Assembly (NCBI GenBank): GCA_046483305.1
Contig: JAWODM010000041.1
Coordinates: forward strand, 1-64,000
Direction: 5' to 3'
Origin: Candidatus Krumholzibacteriales bacterium
GTDB lineage: Bacteria; Krumholzibacteriota; Krumholzibacteriia; Krumholzibacteriales; WJIX01
Length of the DNA stretch: 64,000 bases
Shown piece after piece: positions 9,703-19,022 of this stretch. The number at the start of each line of letters is the position of its first letter. The first letter of the stretch is position 1. A program made the translations under genes and the position numbers. The notes under the pieces are model-generated. The model ran no database searches, was not told the origin of the DNA, and worked only from the letters and a program-made list of their open reading frames with translations.

Positions 9703-9902
9703 TTTCCGGCACTCCTTTCACTGGGGCGGGGGCCGGATCGCACACGGCGGCCCCTCCAGTATAACTTCTATATAAAAGGATAATATCCGGTTAACTTGCC
9801 CCGCGCAAGTACTCCGGGCGGGTTATGACGATAAATTGATTTGAAGAAGCATCACCTGAGGGTATATATTTAGTTCTGAAACATAATGAATGAAGTAATT
9901 TA

Positions 9903-10778
9903 ATGGACGGTTCGCGGGAAATGGTTGAAAGAGAAGTATTAATTGAAAATGACGGGCCGGCCGGTATCGCCGCCGATGTCAGAACCGAAGCGCCCGGCTC
10001 ACCCCTTCCGGTTATAATCCTCTGTCACGGTTTTCTGGGACACAGGAGATGGGGATGGTTCCCTTACCTCTCAAGGAAACTGGCCGGTTCTGGATTTCAC
10101 ACCATCACCTTCAGTTTTTCCATGAACGGTTATCAGCAGAATGAAGACAGAATAACGGAGCCGATTCAATTCGCGGGGAACACCGTCTCCAGAGAGGTCA
10201 GGGACCTGAAGAGGGTAATGAAGTATGTCAGGGAAAACTTTCCCTTTCCCGCCGCGGAATGTTCACCCGGACTGTTTGGCCACAGCCGGGGCGGCGCCGT
10301 TTCTATAATAGCCGCCGCCGGCTCCGAAGAGGTGCAGTCCCTGGTAACCTGGTCGACTCCCTCCCAGCTGGACAGGTATACTGACCGCCGCAGGAAGCAT
10401 TGGAAAAAGACCGGAAAGCTGGTCTTCCGTAACAACGGCTCCGGCGGCCCCTTGTTTCTGGATTACTCCTACTACCTGGATATAGACCGGAACAGAGAGG
10501 AATACAACCTGCCCCTTCAGATGAGCAGGGTGAAAGCCCCACACCTGATAATCCACGGTGAGAGAGACGCGGCTGTAACCCTGAGAGAGGCCAGGGAACT
10601 GATATCCCGCACCGGCACCGGCAGAGTCCGGTTCGAGGTGATGGAAGGGTCGGGACATACCTTCGGGGTAAACGGGCCCATGGATTTACCCCCGCCCCGG
10701 GAACTCGACACAGCCGCCGGTAAGACCAGTCAGTGGTTCTGCGACACCTTAGAATGCCGAAAGGAAACCAATGAATAG
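9903..10778 (+). CDS. Alpha/beta-fold hydrolase (S9-like)
   Basis: HGF oxyanion motif, GHSRGG nucleophile elbow, HGERD acid, GHTF histidine. Confidence 0.88.
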   Translation: MDGSREMVEREVLIENDGPAGIAADVRTEAPGSPLPVIILCHGFLGHRRWGWFPYLSRKLAGSGFHTITFSFSMNGYQQNEDRITEPIQFAGNTVSREVRDLKRVMKYVRENFPFPAAECSPGLFGHSRGGAVSIIAAAGSEEVQSLVTWSTPSQLDRYTDRRRKHWKKTGKLVFRNNGSGGPLFLDYSYYLDIDRNREEYNLPLQMSRVKAPHLIIHGERDAAVTLREARELISRTGTGRVRFEVMEGSGHTFGVNGPMDLPPPRELDTAAGKTSQWFCDTLECRKETNE

Positions 10779-11145
10779 AAAGATTCTTATAACTGCCGTT
10801 ATCCTGATCGCCGCCCTGGCGGCAATCTACTTCCTGAGGGCGGAAATAGCCGAGAGAAGGTTCAAGGGAAAAGCGGATGAACTGGCCGGAAAAATCCCCG
10901 AGAAGTACAGGGAAGCGTACGAAGAGGAATTCTATTACAATGTGAATAAGTTCTGGTCCGCCTATGAAAACGGTCTGGTATCAGAAAACGACCTTATCGA
11001 TGTAACCGACTATATGGACGACCTCAATCGAAAAGAGGAGCTCAGCAGGAAAGAGGTTTTCGACTTTCTTGACTACGTCAGCAGGATCTACACTGAAGAG
11101 ATAAAAAAGAGGCATGAGGAGGAATACAGGAAAGGTCCCGGATAG
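10771..11145 (+). CDS. Hypothetical protein with an N-terminal membrane anchor
   Basis: 124-aa ORF translationally coupled to the hydrolase; hydrophobic N-terminus, helical body. Confidence 0.75.
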   Translation: MNRKILITAVILIAALAAIYFLRAEIAERRFKGKADELAGKIPEKYREAYEEEFYYNVNKFWSAYENGLVSENDLIDVTDYMDDLNRKEELSRKEVFDFLDYVSRIYTEEIKKRHEEEYRKGPG

Positions 11146-11146
11146 A

Positions 11147-11809
11147 TCAGCCCCTGAACCGGGTTGAAACTTCCCTCTCCACATCCCTGAAGTTTCTGAA
11201 ACCCAGGTAATTGCACTTCTGATGCTCGCAGTGAGACCGGAGGTCATCCTTGGCAAATACCAGGTCCGCTATCTCCGAGGGACACCGGTCGCTGTAGCCG
11301 TTACCTACGTATACGGTAAAAAAACCCTGATCCTTCATCTTCTGCAGGTGAGCCTTCTTGCAGTTGCCGCACATACCGCAGTCCAGAGCGTTGAAATACG
11401 GAAATTCAACTCCGGCAATCCGGCCGTTCCGGTGCACCAGGTGGTTGGCCTTGAAATCTATGAATCCCAATCCCGCTCTCATCAGCATATTATCTATATA
11501 GTAGTCGAGTCCGTCGCTCAGGATCTGGATTTCATATTTATTTACGTTACAGAAATCAACAAAATCCCTGAAATAAGGATCCAGCTGCTCTTCTTCGATA
11601 AAGCTGTTCATCTCCGCCATACCCGCCTCTATCATCCCGATTTCCTCGGTTAGGCATTCGCGCGAGCTGATCAGTCCTATCTTCCAATCCTCCAGGAGCC
11701 GGGCCCAGTGGTCCCTGTCCGTCACATACTTCTCGAAGAAACAATGGCCGATATCACGGAGGGCAACCGTTCCGTCAAAATCGCATAATACCGCTATCTT
11801 CCGGCTCAC
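11147..11809 (-). CDS. MtnX-like HAD-IB phosphatase
   Basis: CDFDGTV, ILSDG, CGNCK, YVGNGYSDRC, VFAK. Confidence 0.88.
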   Translation of the reverse strand: MSRKIAVLCDFDGTVALRDIGHCFFEKYVTDRDHWARLLEDWKIGLISSRECLTEEIGMIEAGMAEMNSFIEEEQLDPYFRDFVDFCNVNKYEIQILSDGLDYYIDNMLMRAGLGFIDFKANHLVHRNGRIAGVEFPYFNALDCGMCGNCKKAHLQKMKDQGFFTVYVGNGYSDRCPSEIADLVFAKDDLRSHCEHQKCNYLGFRNFRDVEREVSTRFRG

Positions 11810-13395
11810 TTTTCATCTTTCCCTTCTTCTTCCAGCTTTTCGACATATTCGAACATTTCATTCAGAGAACCGGTTTCCTTGAACAGCTTTAATACCTTCT
11901 GGAATTCCTCGTCATCTGGAAGGGTGGCCAGGTAAGCTCCCTCGGTGCCGTGGAGCTTGCGGAATATTTCCCGCCTGATCCCGGTCTTTACGTAATCAAT
12001 ATTTTCCTGAATCCAGTTCTGTTCGTTTATCTCAATATCCTTCTCCGCGGCGAAATCCCTGAACTCGTTAAGCACCTCCTGATCCACCGTGAAGTTGTCG
12101 TCAACATCGTGGTAGGCTGCATAATGTATCGCAAATGAGAAGAAAATCCCTTTCAGGGCCAGCTTCTGCTGAAGGTCAGTCATCTCAGGAAGCTCTAATT
12201 CCCAGTCCGGAGTTATACCTCCCCCTCCGTAGACCACCCTCTCGCCGTTGGTGTAGAATTCTTCCCTGATCTCACCCTCCGCTATCTCATGTACTACCTC
12301 TCCGTCCTTATTCCTCTCCTTATGGATACATCTTCCACTGGGGGTATAATACTTCTGGGTAGTCAGCTTGAGGGCGGTCATTCTCCCTATCGGAAATACA
12401 GACTGCACCGATCCCTTTCCGAAAGTGGTCTGCCCCGCTATCAGGGCCCTGTCCCAATCCTGGAGAGCTCCAGCCACAATCTCGGAGGCGGAAGCGCTGT
12501 AAGGATTAACCATTACTGCCAGAGGATAGTGACCGTGCAGATTCTCGTGGTCGGAAAGAAATTCCCGGTTCTTCTCATCCACCCTCCCCCTGGTTGAAAC
12601 AATAAGTTTCCCCTCTTCCAGAAACAGATCGGATACCGATTGGGCCGACTCCAGCAGCCCTCCGGGGTTAGATCTCAGGTCCAGAATCAATCCCCTTATA
12701 CCCTTCTTTTCGAAATCGCCCAGTATCTCATGCATTCTTCTGGCTGTATCCTTGGAAAACCTTGCTATTCTGATATAACCTATTCCGTCAAAGATATCGG
12801 CAAAGGAGATAATCGGCACTTCTATTATCTCCCTGGTAATCGCGAAATGAAGCGAATCCTGAAGCCCTTCCCTCATAACCGTTATGTTTACCAGGGAACC
12901 CGGCTCACCCCGGAGCTTTGCCACCGCTTCGTCGGAAGACCACCCCCTGGTCAACTCTCCCTCGATCTCCACAATTCTGTCTCCGCCCTGTATTCCCAGG
13001 CGGAATGCGGGAGTGCCCTCAATAGGGGATATCACAGTGGGGAAGTTGTCCCGCTTGGATATGGTTATCCCCAGCCCTCCGAATTTCCCCTCGGTGCTTA
13101 TCACCAGATTCTGATAATCAAGCTCATCAAGATACACCGAATGAGGGTCCAGCTCTTCCAGCATCCCTTCGATTGCGGCATCTATCAGCTCGCCGAAGTC
13201 GGTTTCCTCCACATAGTTGTCCTGAATCCTCACCAGAATCTTCTGAAACCGGTCTATCTCTCTGAACGCCTCTTCCTTCTCCTCCCTGGTCCACTCTCCC
13301 TGCCCCCAAACGATAAAGGCCGTTCCCGCTATTACTATCAGAATAAGCGATAAACCGATCAGTCTCTTCTTACTCAAGATATTCCTCCGTTTCAC
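11806..13395 (-). CDS. ctpA: Carboxy-terminal processing protease (S41, PDZ)
   Basis: LDPHS, FGGLGI PDZ, DLRSNPGGLL, SASASEIVAGALQD, TFGKGSVQ. Confidence 0.93.
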   Translation of the reverse strand: MKRRNILSKKRLIGLSLILIVIAGTAFIVWGQGEWTREEKEEAFREIDRFQKILVRIQDNYVEETDFGELIDAAIEGMLEELDPHSVYLDELDYQNLVISTEGKFGGLGITISKRDNFPTVISPIEGTPAFRLGIQGGDRIVEIEGELTRGWSSDEAVAKLRGEPGSLVNITVMREGLQDSLHFAITREIIEVPIISFADIFDGIGYIRIARFSKDTARRMHEILGDFEKKGIRGLILDLRSNPGGLLESAQSVSDLFLEEGKLIVSTRGRVDEKNREFLSDHENLHGHYPLAVMVNPYSASASEIVAGALQDWDRALIAGQTTFGKGSVQSVFPIGRMTALKLTTQKYYTPSGRCIHKERNKDGEVVHEIAEGEIREEFYTNGERVVYGGGGITPDWELELPEMTDLQQKLALKGIFFSFAIHYAAYHDVDDNFTVDQEVLNEFRDFAAEKDIEINEQNWIQENIDYVKTGIRREIFRKLHGTEGAYLATLPDDEEFQKVLKLFKETGSLNEMFEYVEKLEEEGKDEK

Positions 13396-13620
13396 ATTTG
13401 TTCCGCTGCATTCGCATTCTTCACAAAACCGTTTCCCGCTCTGATCAATAGATATTATCCAACAGCATCCTCAGATGCATATCTTAATTCAGGTTAACTT
13501 ATAAAATATTCCCGGCCTGGCCGGATTGTCAAATACTCGAACAGATGAAATATAGTAACAGGCAAGAGGTAAAAGCAAATCATGCTTTGGCGCTTTTTCG
13601 GCCCGTTCATCCGGTTCCTG

Positions 13621-14265
13621 TTATAATTGTACTCCCAAACGGGTATTAATGTTTCCGATTATTTCCAGCTCAACTTCTTCCAGGGTCCTGGAGGCATCTA
13701 TAATCACCACCCGCTTCTCCCTTTCGGCGATTCTGAGATAACCCTCTCTGACTTTGCTGTGAAAGGCGCCGCTCTCAAGCTCCAGCCTGTCCCGCCTGGC
13801 CTGGCCGGTTTCCTCGCGCCGGCGGGGCCCTCTGCTGAAACCCTTCTCAACGGGAAGGTCGAGAAGCAGGGTAAGATCCGGGATCACCCCCTGAACCGCG
13901 AAGCTGTTCAGCTGATTCGCCGTATCCTCTCCCAGCCCCCTTGCCCAACCCTGGTACGCTGTGGTAGCGTCGAAGAACCGGTCGCACAGCACTACCATTC
14001 CCTGATCCAGCCCGGGGCGTATCACCTCTTCCACCAGCTGAGCCCTGCTGGCAAGATAGAGCAGCAGTTCGGCCCTGGCATGCATATCCCCGATCTCGGG
14101 ATCCAGCAGTATCTCTCTTATTTTCTCCGACACCACGGTTCCTCCCGGCTCTCTGGTCATAAGGGTTCTGTACCCGGCCTCCCTGAACCGTTCCCCTATA
14201 CTCCCGGCAACGGTTGACTTGCCCGAGCCCTCAATACCCTCGAAAGTAATAAAAATGCCTTTCAA
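13621..14265 (-). CDS. tmk: Thymidylate kinase
   Basis: FITFEGIEGSGKST, TREPGGT, CDRF, AYQG. Confidence 0.96.
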   Translation of the reverse strand: MKGIFITFEGIEGSGKSTVAGSIGERFREAGYRTLMTREPGGTVVSEKIREILLDPEIGDMHARAELLLYLASRAQLVEEVIRPGLDQGMVVLCDRFFDATTAYQGWARGLGEDTANQLNSFAVQGVIPDLTLLLDLPVEKGFSRGPRRREETGQARRDRLELESGAFHSKVREGYLRIAEREKRVVIIDASRTLEEVELEIIGNINTRLGVQL

Positions 14266-14267
14266 CC

Positions 14268-15653
14268 TTACTCCTCCGAAACATCTAACTCAATACTGTT
14301 AATCTTCTTTATAAACTTCCTGCTGGTCAGCACCGACTTGAAGGTCTCGTCACATACAGCGGCTATCCACAGTCCGGCTATGGAGAGCGAGAAGATGAAT
14401 GCCAGGGTATAACCGAAAACAACCTCAAAGAAGAATATCCCTATGAAGGCCAGGTACATCGGATACCTGTTCTCGCCGACACCCCTCAGGCTGAAAGAGA
14501 AAAGAAACGACAGGGCTTTCGGTATCTGAACGAAAGCGACTATCTTGAAAACAGTGCTGCAAAGGTCTATTACCATACGGTCGTCGGTGAAAAGCATGGG
14601 CAGGTACCTGGAGCGGAAGAAAATTACCCCGGAGAGTATCAGCACCAATCCCACCGCCAGCATGAATAGTGTTTTACTGGTCTGCCTTATTTCGTCGTGC
14701 GCGTTCGCCCCGAATCTCTGTCCCACCAGGGTAAGCGCTCCCATCCCGAAAGCCTGATACAGTATCGAAAATATCCTCTGGTAGGTCAGTATAATAATAT
14801 GAGCGGCTGCCGCCACGGTGCCCAGGCGGTTGCTGTAGCCGATCACTATGGTTACCCCGGTCATCCACGCCAGCTGTTCGAGAGTGATCGGTATGCCGGT
14901 TTTTATAATCCCTTTGATACTCTGGAGATTTATGGCTGTCAGGTCTTCCCATTGGAATGTCAGAACGCTCCTGCCGCGGAGAATAACGCTGAAAGTCAGG
15001 ATAAATCCTGTGGTATGCCCTATCCCCGCCGCCAGGGCCGCTCCTCTGACTCCCAGCTCCGGGAAGAAGAATTTTCCGTATATCAGGCAAATCGCCAGCA
15101 CCAGGTGTATCCCGTTAACCACCAGGGCGGTCATCATCGAAAGATGGGTGTCTCCGGCTCCCCTGACGATACCGATTGCCACGAAATTCATGATTATGAA
15201 AGGGGCGAACATGGAAACAATCCTGAAGTAATCTACTCCGATAACGGTGACCACATCGGATGCGCCCAGCACCGTGCTGAAAATAAATGGAGAGCCGAAC
15301 CTCCATATCGCGGCTATCACGAAGGCTGGAACCAGAGCTGTAAAGAGGGTCTGGCCCAGAAAATGGTTGGCTTCCTCTTTCTTCTTTTCGCCTAGAAGGC
15401 GGTTTACTATGATGGTGGCTCCGAACACAAATATGAGCAGAATGGTGCAGGTATACAGGACTATCTGAACCACGTTGCCAACGGCGGTCAGGGCGTCCAC
15501 TCCCGTTGCGTTCATGCCGGGATAAAGCCGGCGCATGGAATTAACCGCGATGTGCCCCACCAGGGTTGTTTCGACCGTCCACATCACGATCTGGGAACCG
15601 AGGTCAACGACAATAGGAACTGAAGTTTTAAGAATATTCTTAAGATTAGTCAC
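14268..15653 (-). CDS. MATE-family efflux transporter
   Basis: About 12 TM segments; RGAGDT, FPELGVRGAALA, RGVGE motifs. Confidence 0.9.
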   Translation of the reverse strand: MTNLKNILKTSVPIVVDLGSQIVMWTVETTLVGHIAVNSMRRLYPGMNATGVDALTAVGNVVQIVLYTCTILLIFVFGATIIVNRLLGEKKKEEANHFLGQTLFTALVPAFVIAAIWRFGSPFIFSTVLGASDVVTVIGVDYFRIVSMFAPFIIMNFVAIGIVRGAGDTHLSMMTALVVNGIHLVLAICLIYGKFFFPELGVRGAALAAGIGHTTGFILTFSVILRGRSVLTFQWEDLTAINLQSIKGIIKTGIPITLEQLAWMTGVTIVIGYSNRLGTVAAAAHIIILTYQRIFSILYQAFGMGALTLVGQRFGANAHDEIRQTSKTLFMLAVGLVLILSGVIFFRSRYLPMLFTDDRMVIDLCSTVFKIVAFVQIPKALSFLFSFSLRGVGENRYPMYLAFIGIFFFEVVFGYTLAFIFSLSIAGLWIAAVCDETFKSVLTSRKFIKKINSIELDVSEE

Positions 15654-15754
15654 AATATTTCCAATACAGAATATCTACAATAATTTTAAAATATCTAAAC
15701 TGAGATTTTAATAACACAACAAGCCCAGCGGTGGACATATATACATAGCTGCCG

Positions 15755-16354
15755 CTAAAGATCGTCTTGAGCGGTCAGCCTCCTTACATGCATAACCCTC
15801 TGTATGAAAGTGAATACAGTCAGGAACGCCAGCACTATTATAACCCCTGTCAGGACAAAAGAATTCAGAAGCAGTCCCACAATCAGCAGCACTATCCTCT
15901 CGGGCCTTTCCAGCAGCCCCACCGTACATTCCATTCCCAGCCCTTCCGCCCTGGCTCTGGTATAACTGGTGAGCAGGGAGCCGGCCAGGGCTATGAGGAT
16001 GAAGAATATATGAAACCGGTTTGCCGGGCTGTTGAGATAATAGAAGATCAGCCCTCCGAAATAGGCAATTTCAGTTATTCTGTCGCCGGTAGAATCGATG
16101 AAGGCCCCGAAATCGGTCACCTTCTGTTCTTTTCTGGCAAGAGACCCATCCACAATATCGCAGAGACCGGAAACCAGGAGGATTACCGCCCCTGCAATAA
16201 GGCGCCCTCCCGCAACCATAAAAGCCCCTATCAGACTTATAAGAACTCCGGCAATGGTAACTGCCACCGGGGGTATTCCCATTTGGGAAATCAGAGTGAC
16301 CACCGGGTCCAGTATGCTTCTGATTGCTAATTTTATGCTGTTTTTCCAACTCAA
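15755..16354 (-). CDS. CDP-alcohol phosphatidyltransferase (PIP-synthase-like)
   Basis: DIVDGSLAR...FGAFIDSTGDR signature; SYTRARAE, GLLERPER. Confidence 0.92.
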   Translation of the reverse strand: MSWKNSIKLAIRSILDPVVTLISQMGIPPVAVTIAGVLISLIGAFMVAGGRLIAGAVILLVSGLCDIVDGSLARKEQKVTDFGAFIDSTGDRITEIAYFGGLIFYYLNSPANRFHIFFILIALAGSLLTSYTRARAEGLGMECTVGLLERPERIVLLIVGLLLNSFVLTGVIIVLAFLTVFTFIQRVMHVRRLTAQDDL

Positions 16355-16423
16355 ATTGCACTCACTTTCCGGTTAACTGCCATATTATGAACTCAAAAAA
16401 CAGGTAATGTCAAGTTTTCTATG

Positions 16424-17110
16424 TCATTTCCTGCGCCCGGCTCCCCTTATCAACAGTGTAATCTCCCCCTTAACCTTCCTGTTCTCGAAGATTTCAATAA
16501 TCTCCGAAACGGGCCCCCTCCGGACTTCCTCGTGAATCTTGGTCAGCTCTCTGGCGACCGCGACCTCTCTCTCGCCCAGAACCTCCCGGATCGATTTGAG
16601 ACTCTTCAGCAGGCGGTAAGGGCTTTCGAAGAAAATAACGGTCTCTTCCCTTTCCCCGGCTTCCCTCAGGAGTTTTTCCCTTTTACCCTTCTTCCTGGGG
16701 ACATACCCCAGGAATGAGAACCGGTCCGGCGGAAGCCCGGAAAGCACCAGCGCGTGTATTATTGAGGTGGCGCCGGGTATTCCGGTGAACTCTATTCCAT
16801 TCCTTATAAGCTCTCTTACTATATAGTAGCCGGGATCGGATACGACCGGGGTCCCCGCATCCGTTATCAGGGCGATCCGCTTTCCTTCCCTGAGCTTCTC
16901 AATTATGGCGGGGGTTACCTTTTCCTTGTTGTGGTCGTGATAGCTCCCCAGCCTGGTTTCTATCCCGTAATGGGAGAGCAGAATGCCGGCTTTCCTCTTA
17001 TCCTCGGCGAGTACCTCGTCCACTTCCCGGAGTACCTCCAGAGCCCGCTCGGATATATCGCCCAGATTGCCGATTGGAGTGCTCACAAGATAGAACGGAT
17101 AGGTTTTCAT
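16424..17110 (-). CDS. rsmI: 16S rRNA C1402 2'-O-methyltransferase
   Basis: STPIGNLGDIS, TDAGTPVVSDPG, FESPYR, RELTKIHEE, KGEI. Confidence 0.96.
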   Translation of the reverse strand: MKTYPFYLVSTPIGNLGDISERALEVLREVDEVLAEDKRKAGILLSHYGIETRLGSYHDHNKEKVTPAIIEKLREGKRIALITDAGTPVVSDPGYYIVRELIRNGIEFTGIPGATSIIHALVLSGLPPDRFSFLGYVPRKKGKREKLLREAGEREETVIFFESPYRLLKSLKSIREVLGEREVAVARELTKIHEEVRRGPVSEIIEIFENRKVKGEITLLIRGAGRRK

Positions 17111-17118
17111 TTTAAAAA

Positions 17119-18147
17119 TTATATCCCCGGAAAGTTATTCTCAAAATAATCGATATCGTCGAATGATATATCCAGATGGGTAACCATTCTGATCTTATTG
17201 CCGCCGAAGTTGAGACACAGTATCCCCTTCTCCTCCAGCTGCCCTACCAGCCTGCAGGCGTCAATGGAGCTGTCCACCACCTGAAAGATAACTATATTTG
17301 TGTCCGGCGCTCTCAACAGTTCGAATCCAGGGAGCTTCTTTATGAATTCGGCTATCCGCTTTGCTTTCAGGTGATCCTCCCTGAGCGGCTCGACATTGTT
17401 TTCGATCGCGTATAAACAGGCAGCCGCAAGAACCCCTGCCTGTCTCCAACCTCCTCCCAGCCTCTTTCTCCAGTACTTTGCTCTGGTCACCGTCTCCCGG
17501 TCCGAGATCAGCACCGAGCCGACCGGCGCCCCCAGCCCTTTTGAGAAACATATATTCACGGAATGAGCGAGGGCCGCCCATTGATCGAAAGGTATACCGG
17601 TCTCCGCCACCGCGTTAGCCAGCCTGGCCCCGTCAAGATGAACTCTCAGCCCGTGATCGCAGGCGAATTGGTAAACTTCCTTCATCATCTCGAATGGATA
17701 GATAGAGCCGCCCGCCCGGTTATGAGTATTCTCCACACTCACCAGAGAAGTTCGGGGGTGGTGAATATTATCCGGCCGTACTGCGTCGGGAAGCTCCTCC
17801 ACCGGAAGGAATCCGTCCGGACTGTCGAATGGATGAAGCTGAACCCCTCCTATTACAGCCGAACCGGCCGCCTCGTAATTAAAGATATGGCAGTTCCTGT
17901 CCAGCAGGACCTCGTCTCCGGGCCTGGTCTGGCTGATAACTCCGAGCAGATTGGCCATGGTTCCGCTCACCACATATATAGCCGCTTCTTTTCCGGTGAG
18001 CCGGGCCATCCTTTTTTCGAGCTCTATTACTGTGGGATCGTCCCCCAGGACATCATCCCCCAATTCGGCGCTTAACATCCTCTCTTTCATGGCCGGGGAG
18101 GGCCTGGTTACCGTATCGCTTCTGAGGTCGATTAATCTTTTCTTCAA
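17119..18147 (-). CDS. ltaE: Low-specificity L-threonine aldolase
   Basis: DLRSDTVT, GDDV, SGTMANL, ENTHN, HLDGAR, CFSKGLGAPVGS; likely TTG start at 18147 after AAGAGG. Confidence 0.93.
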   Translation of the reverse strand: MKKRLIDLRSDTVTRPSPAMKERMLSAELGDDVLGDDPTVIELEKRMARLTGKEAAIYVVSGTMANLLGVISQTRPGDEVLLDRNCHIFNYEAAGSAVIGGVQLHPFDSPDGFLPVEELPDAVRPDNIHHPRTSLVSVENTHNRAGGSIYPFEMMKEVYQFACDHGLRVHLDGARLANAVAETGIPFDQWAALAHSVNICFSKGLGAPVGSVLISDRETVTRAKYWRKRLGGGWRQAGVLAAACLYAIENNVEPLREDHLKAKRIAEFIKKLPGFELLRAPDTNIVIFQVVDSSIDACRLVGQLEEKGILCLNFGGNKIRMVTHLDISFDDIDYFENNFPGI

Positions 18148-18160
18148 TTTGCAATACCTC

Positions 18161-18317
18161 TTCTTTTTCGATAGAAACATCTCCGGCAGTATGACAGGGC
18201 GGTTCTGAAGGCTGAATGCAGCGGGAACTGCACAGGGGGCACCAGACTATCAGAGTGCCCCCCTGTCGGGTCTCATACCGCGCGGCGGGACGGAAATGTT
18301 TGGCCTCACGTAAAGAA
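18161..18317 (+). ncRNA. Candidate structured ncRNA, possibly 6S/SsrS-like (strand uncertain)
   Basis: Nested pairings AAACATCTCCG/CGGAAATGTTT and GCAGTATGA/TCATACCGC, plus hairpins TGCAG-CGGGAA-CTGCA and CAGGGGGCAC/GTGCCCCCCTG; no ORF. Confidence 0.5.
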
Positions 18318-18322
18318 TGTCC

Positions 18323-18598
18323 TTACTGAGCAACAAGCTCCTTCAATTCCCGGGAAAATTTGAATATCGGAACATACCTCTCCGGTACCGGAACCTGCTC
18401 CCCTGTCCGGGGGTTTCTGGCCATTCTGGCCTTGCGCTTCTTGGTCTTGAAAGTGCCGAATCCTCTTATCTCAAAATGATCCTTGTCGATAAGACCCTCC
18501 GAGATACATTCAAGAAACGTGTCAACTGCCTCCCCTACATCCTTCTTGGTAAGCCCTGTTTTGTTGGCTATATCATTTACTATGTCGGCTTTTGTCAT
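18323..18598 (-). CDS. hup: HU/IHF-family DNA-binding protein
   Basis: MTKADIV...EIRGFGTF...ARNPRTGE...PIFKFS. Confidence 0.95.
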   Translation of the reverse strand: MTKADIVNDIANKTGLTKKDVGEAVDTFLECISEGLIDKDHFEIRGFGTFKTKKRKARMARNPRTGEQVPVPERYVPIFKFSRELKELVAQ

Positions 18599-18925
18599 CT
18601 GCCCCTCCTATTATTTAATTTAGAAACAAGTAACTACTGTTATTTCAATTTCTTAAAGTATTATACCCGTTATTGTCAAGAGTTTTTCTCACTTTATTTG
18701 CTACCCCCGGAGATAGATTCTGTCGAAGAACCCCCGCGGGTACGAAAACATGCATTTTTATTCCGCCGCCTTGCAATTTTATGCTTATCCTGAGGCGGAG
18801 GAAAAAATGACGAAGGAACAACTGGAAACAACAGGAAGTTCTTTTCAACACCGGCGAAGGTTCAATTGAGTGATAACGCCCATTATTAAATAGTTTTCGG
18901 AGATCGTGAAGACTATCAAGAATTT

Positions 18926-18942
18926 CTGGTATGCCCCTTGCT
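18926..18942 (+). promoter_or_regulatory. Sigma54 (-24/-12) promoter
   Basis: CTGGTATGCCCCTTGCT with exact GG-N10-GC spacing and TTGC. Confidence 0.6.
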
Positions 18943-18952
18943 GATTAGATAT

Positions 18953-19022
18953 CAGTGCTGCGAGGTGGTCGCCGCCTTCACGAACCCGACCCTGCATCGA
19001 ATCATCTCGCAGCTTTTTCTTT
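18953..19022 (+). ncRNA. Candidate sigma54-dependent small RNA (about 70 nt)
   Basis: 13-bp stem GCTGCGAGGTGGT/ATCATCTCGCAGC followed by TTTTTCTTT, starting just after the TSS predicted from the sigma54 motif. Confidence 0.5.

Noticed and set aside
11147..11809. MtnX as evidence of a methionine salvage operon
   Set aside because: No other mtn genes are in the window, so the substrate of this HAD phosphatase cannot be assigned.
13588..13602. TGGCGCTTTTTCGGC as a sigma54 promoter
   Set aside because: GG-N10-GC spacing is present, but the -12 element is poor and it points into the 3' end of tmk.
18957..19013. Minus-strand riboswitch controlling hup
   Set aside because: It lies about 360 nt from the hup start, and both the promoter motif and the T-tract are on the + strand. 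Not fully excluded without an Rfam scan.
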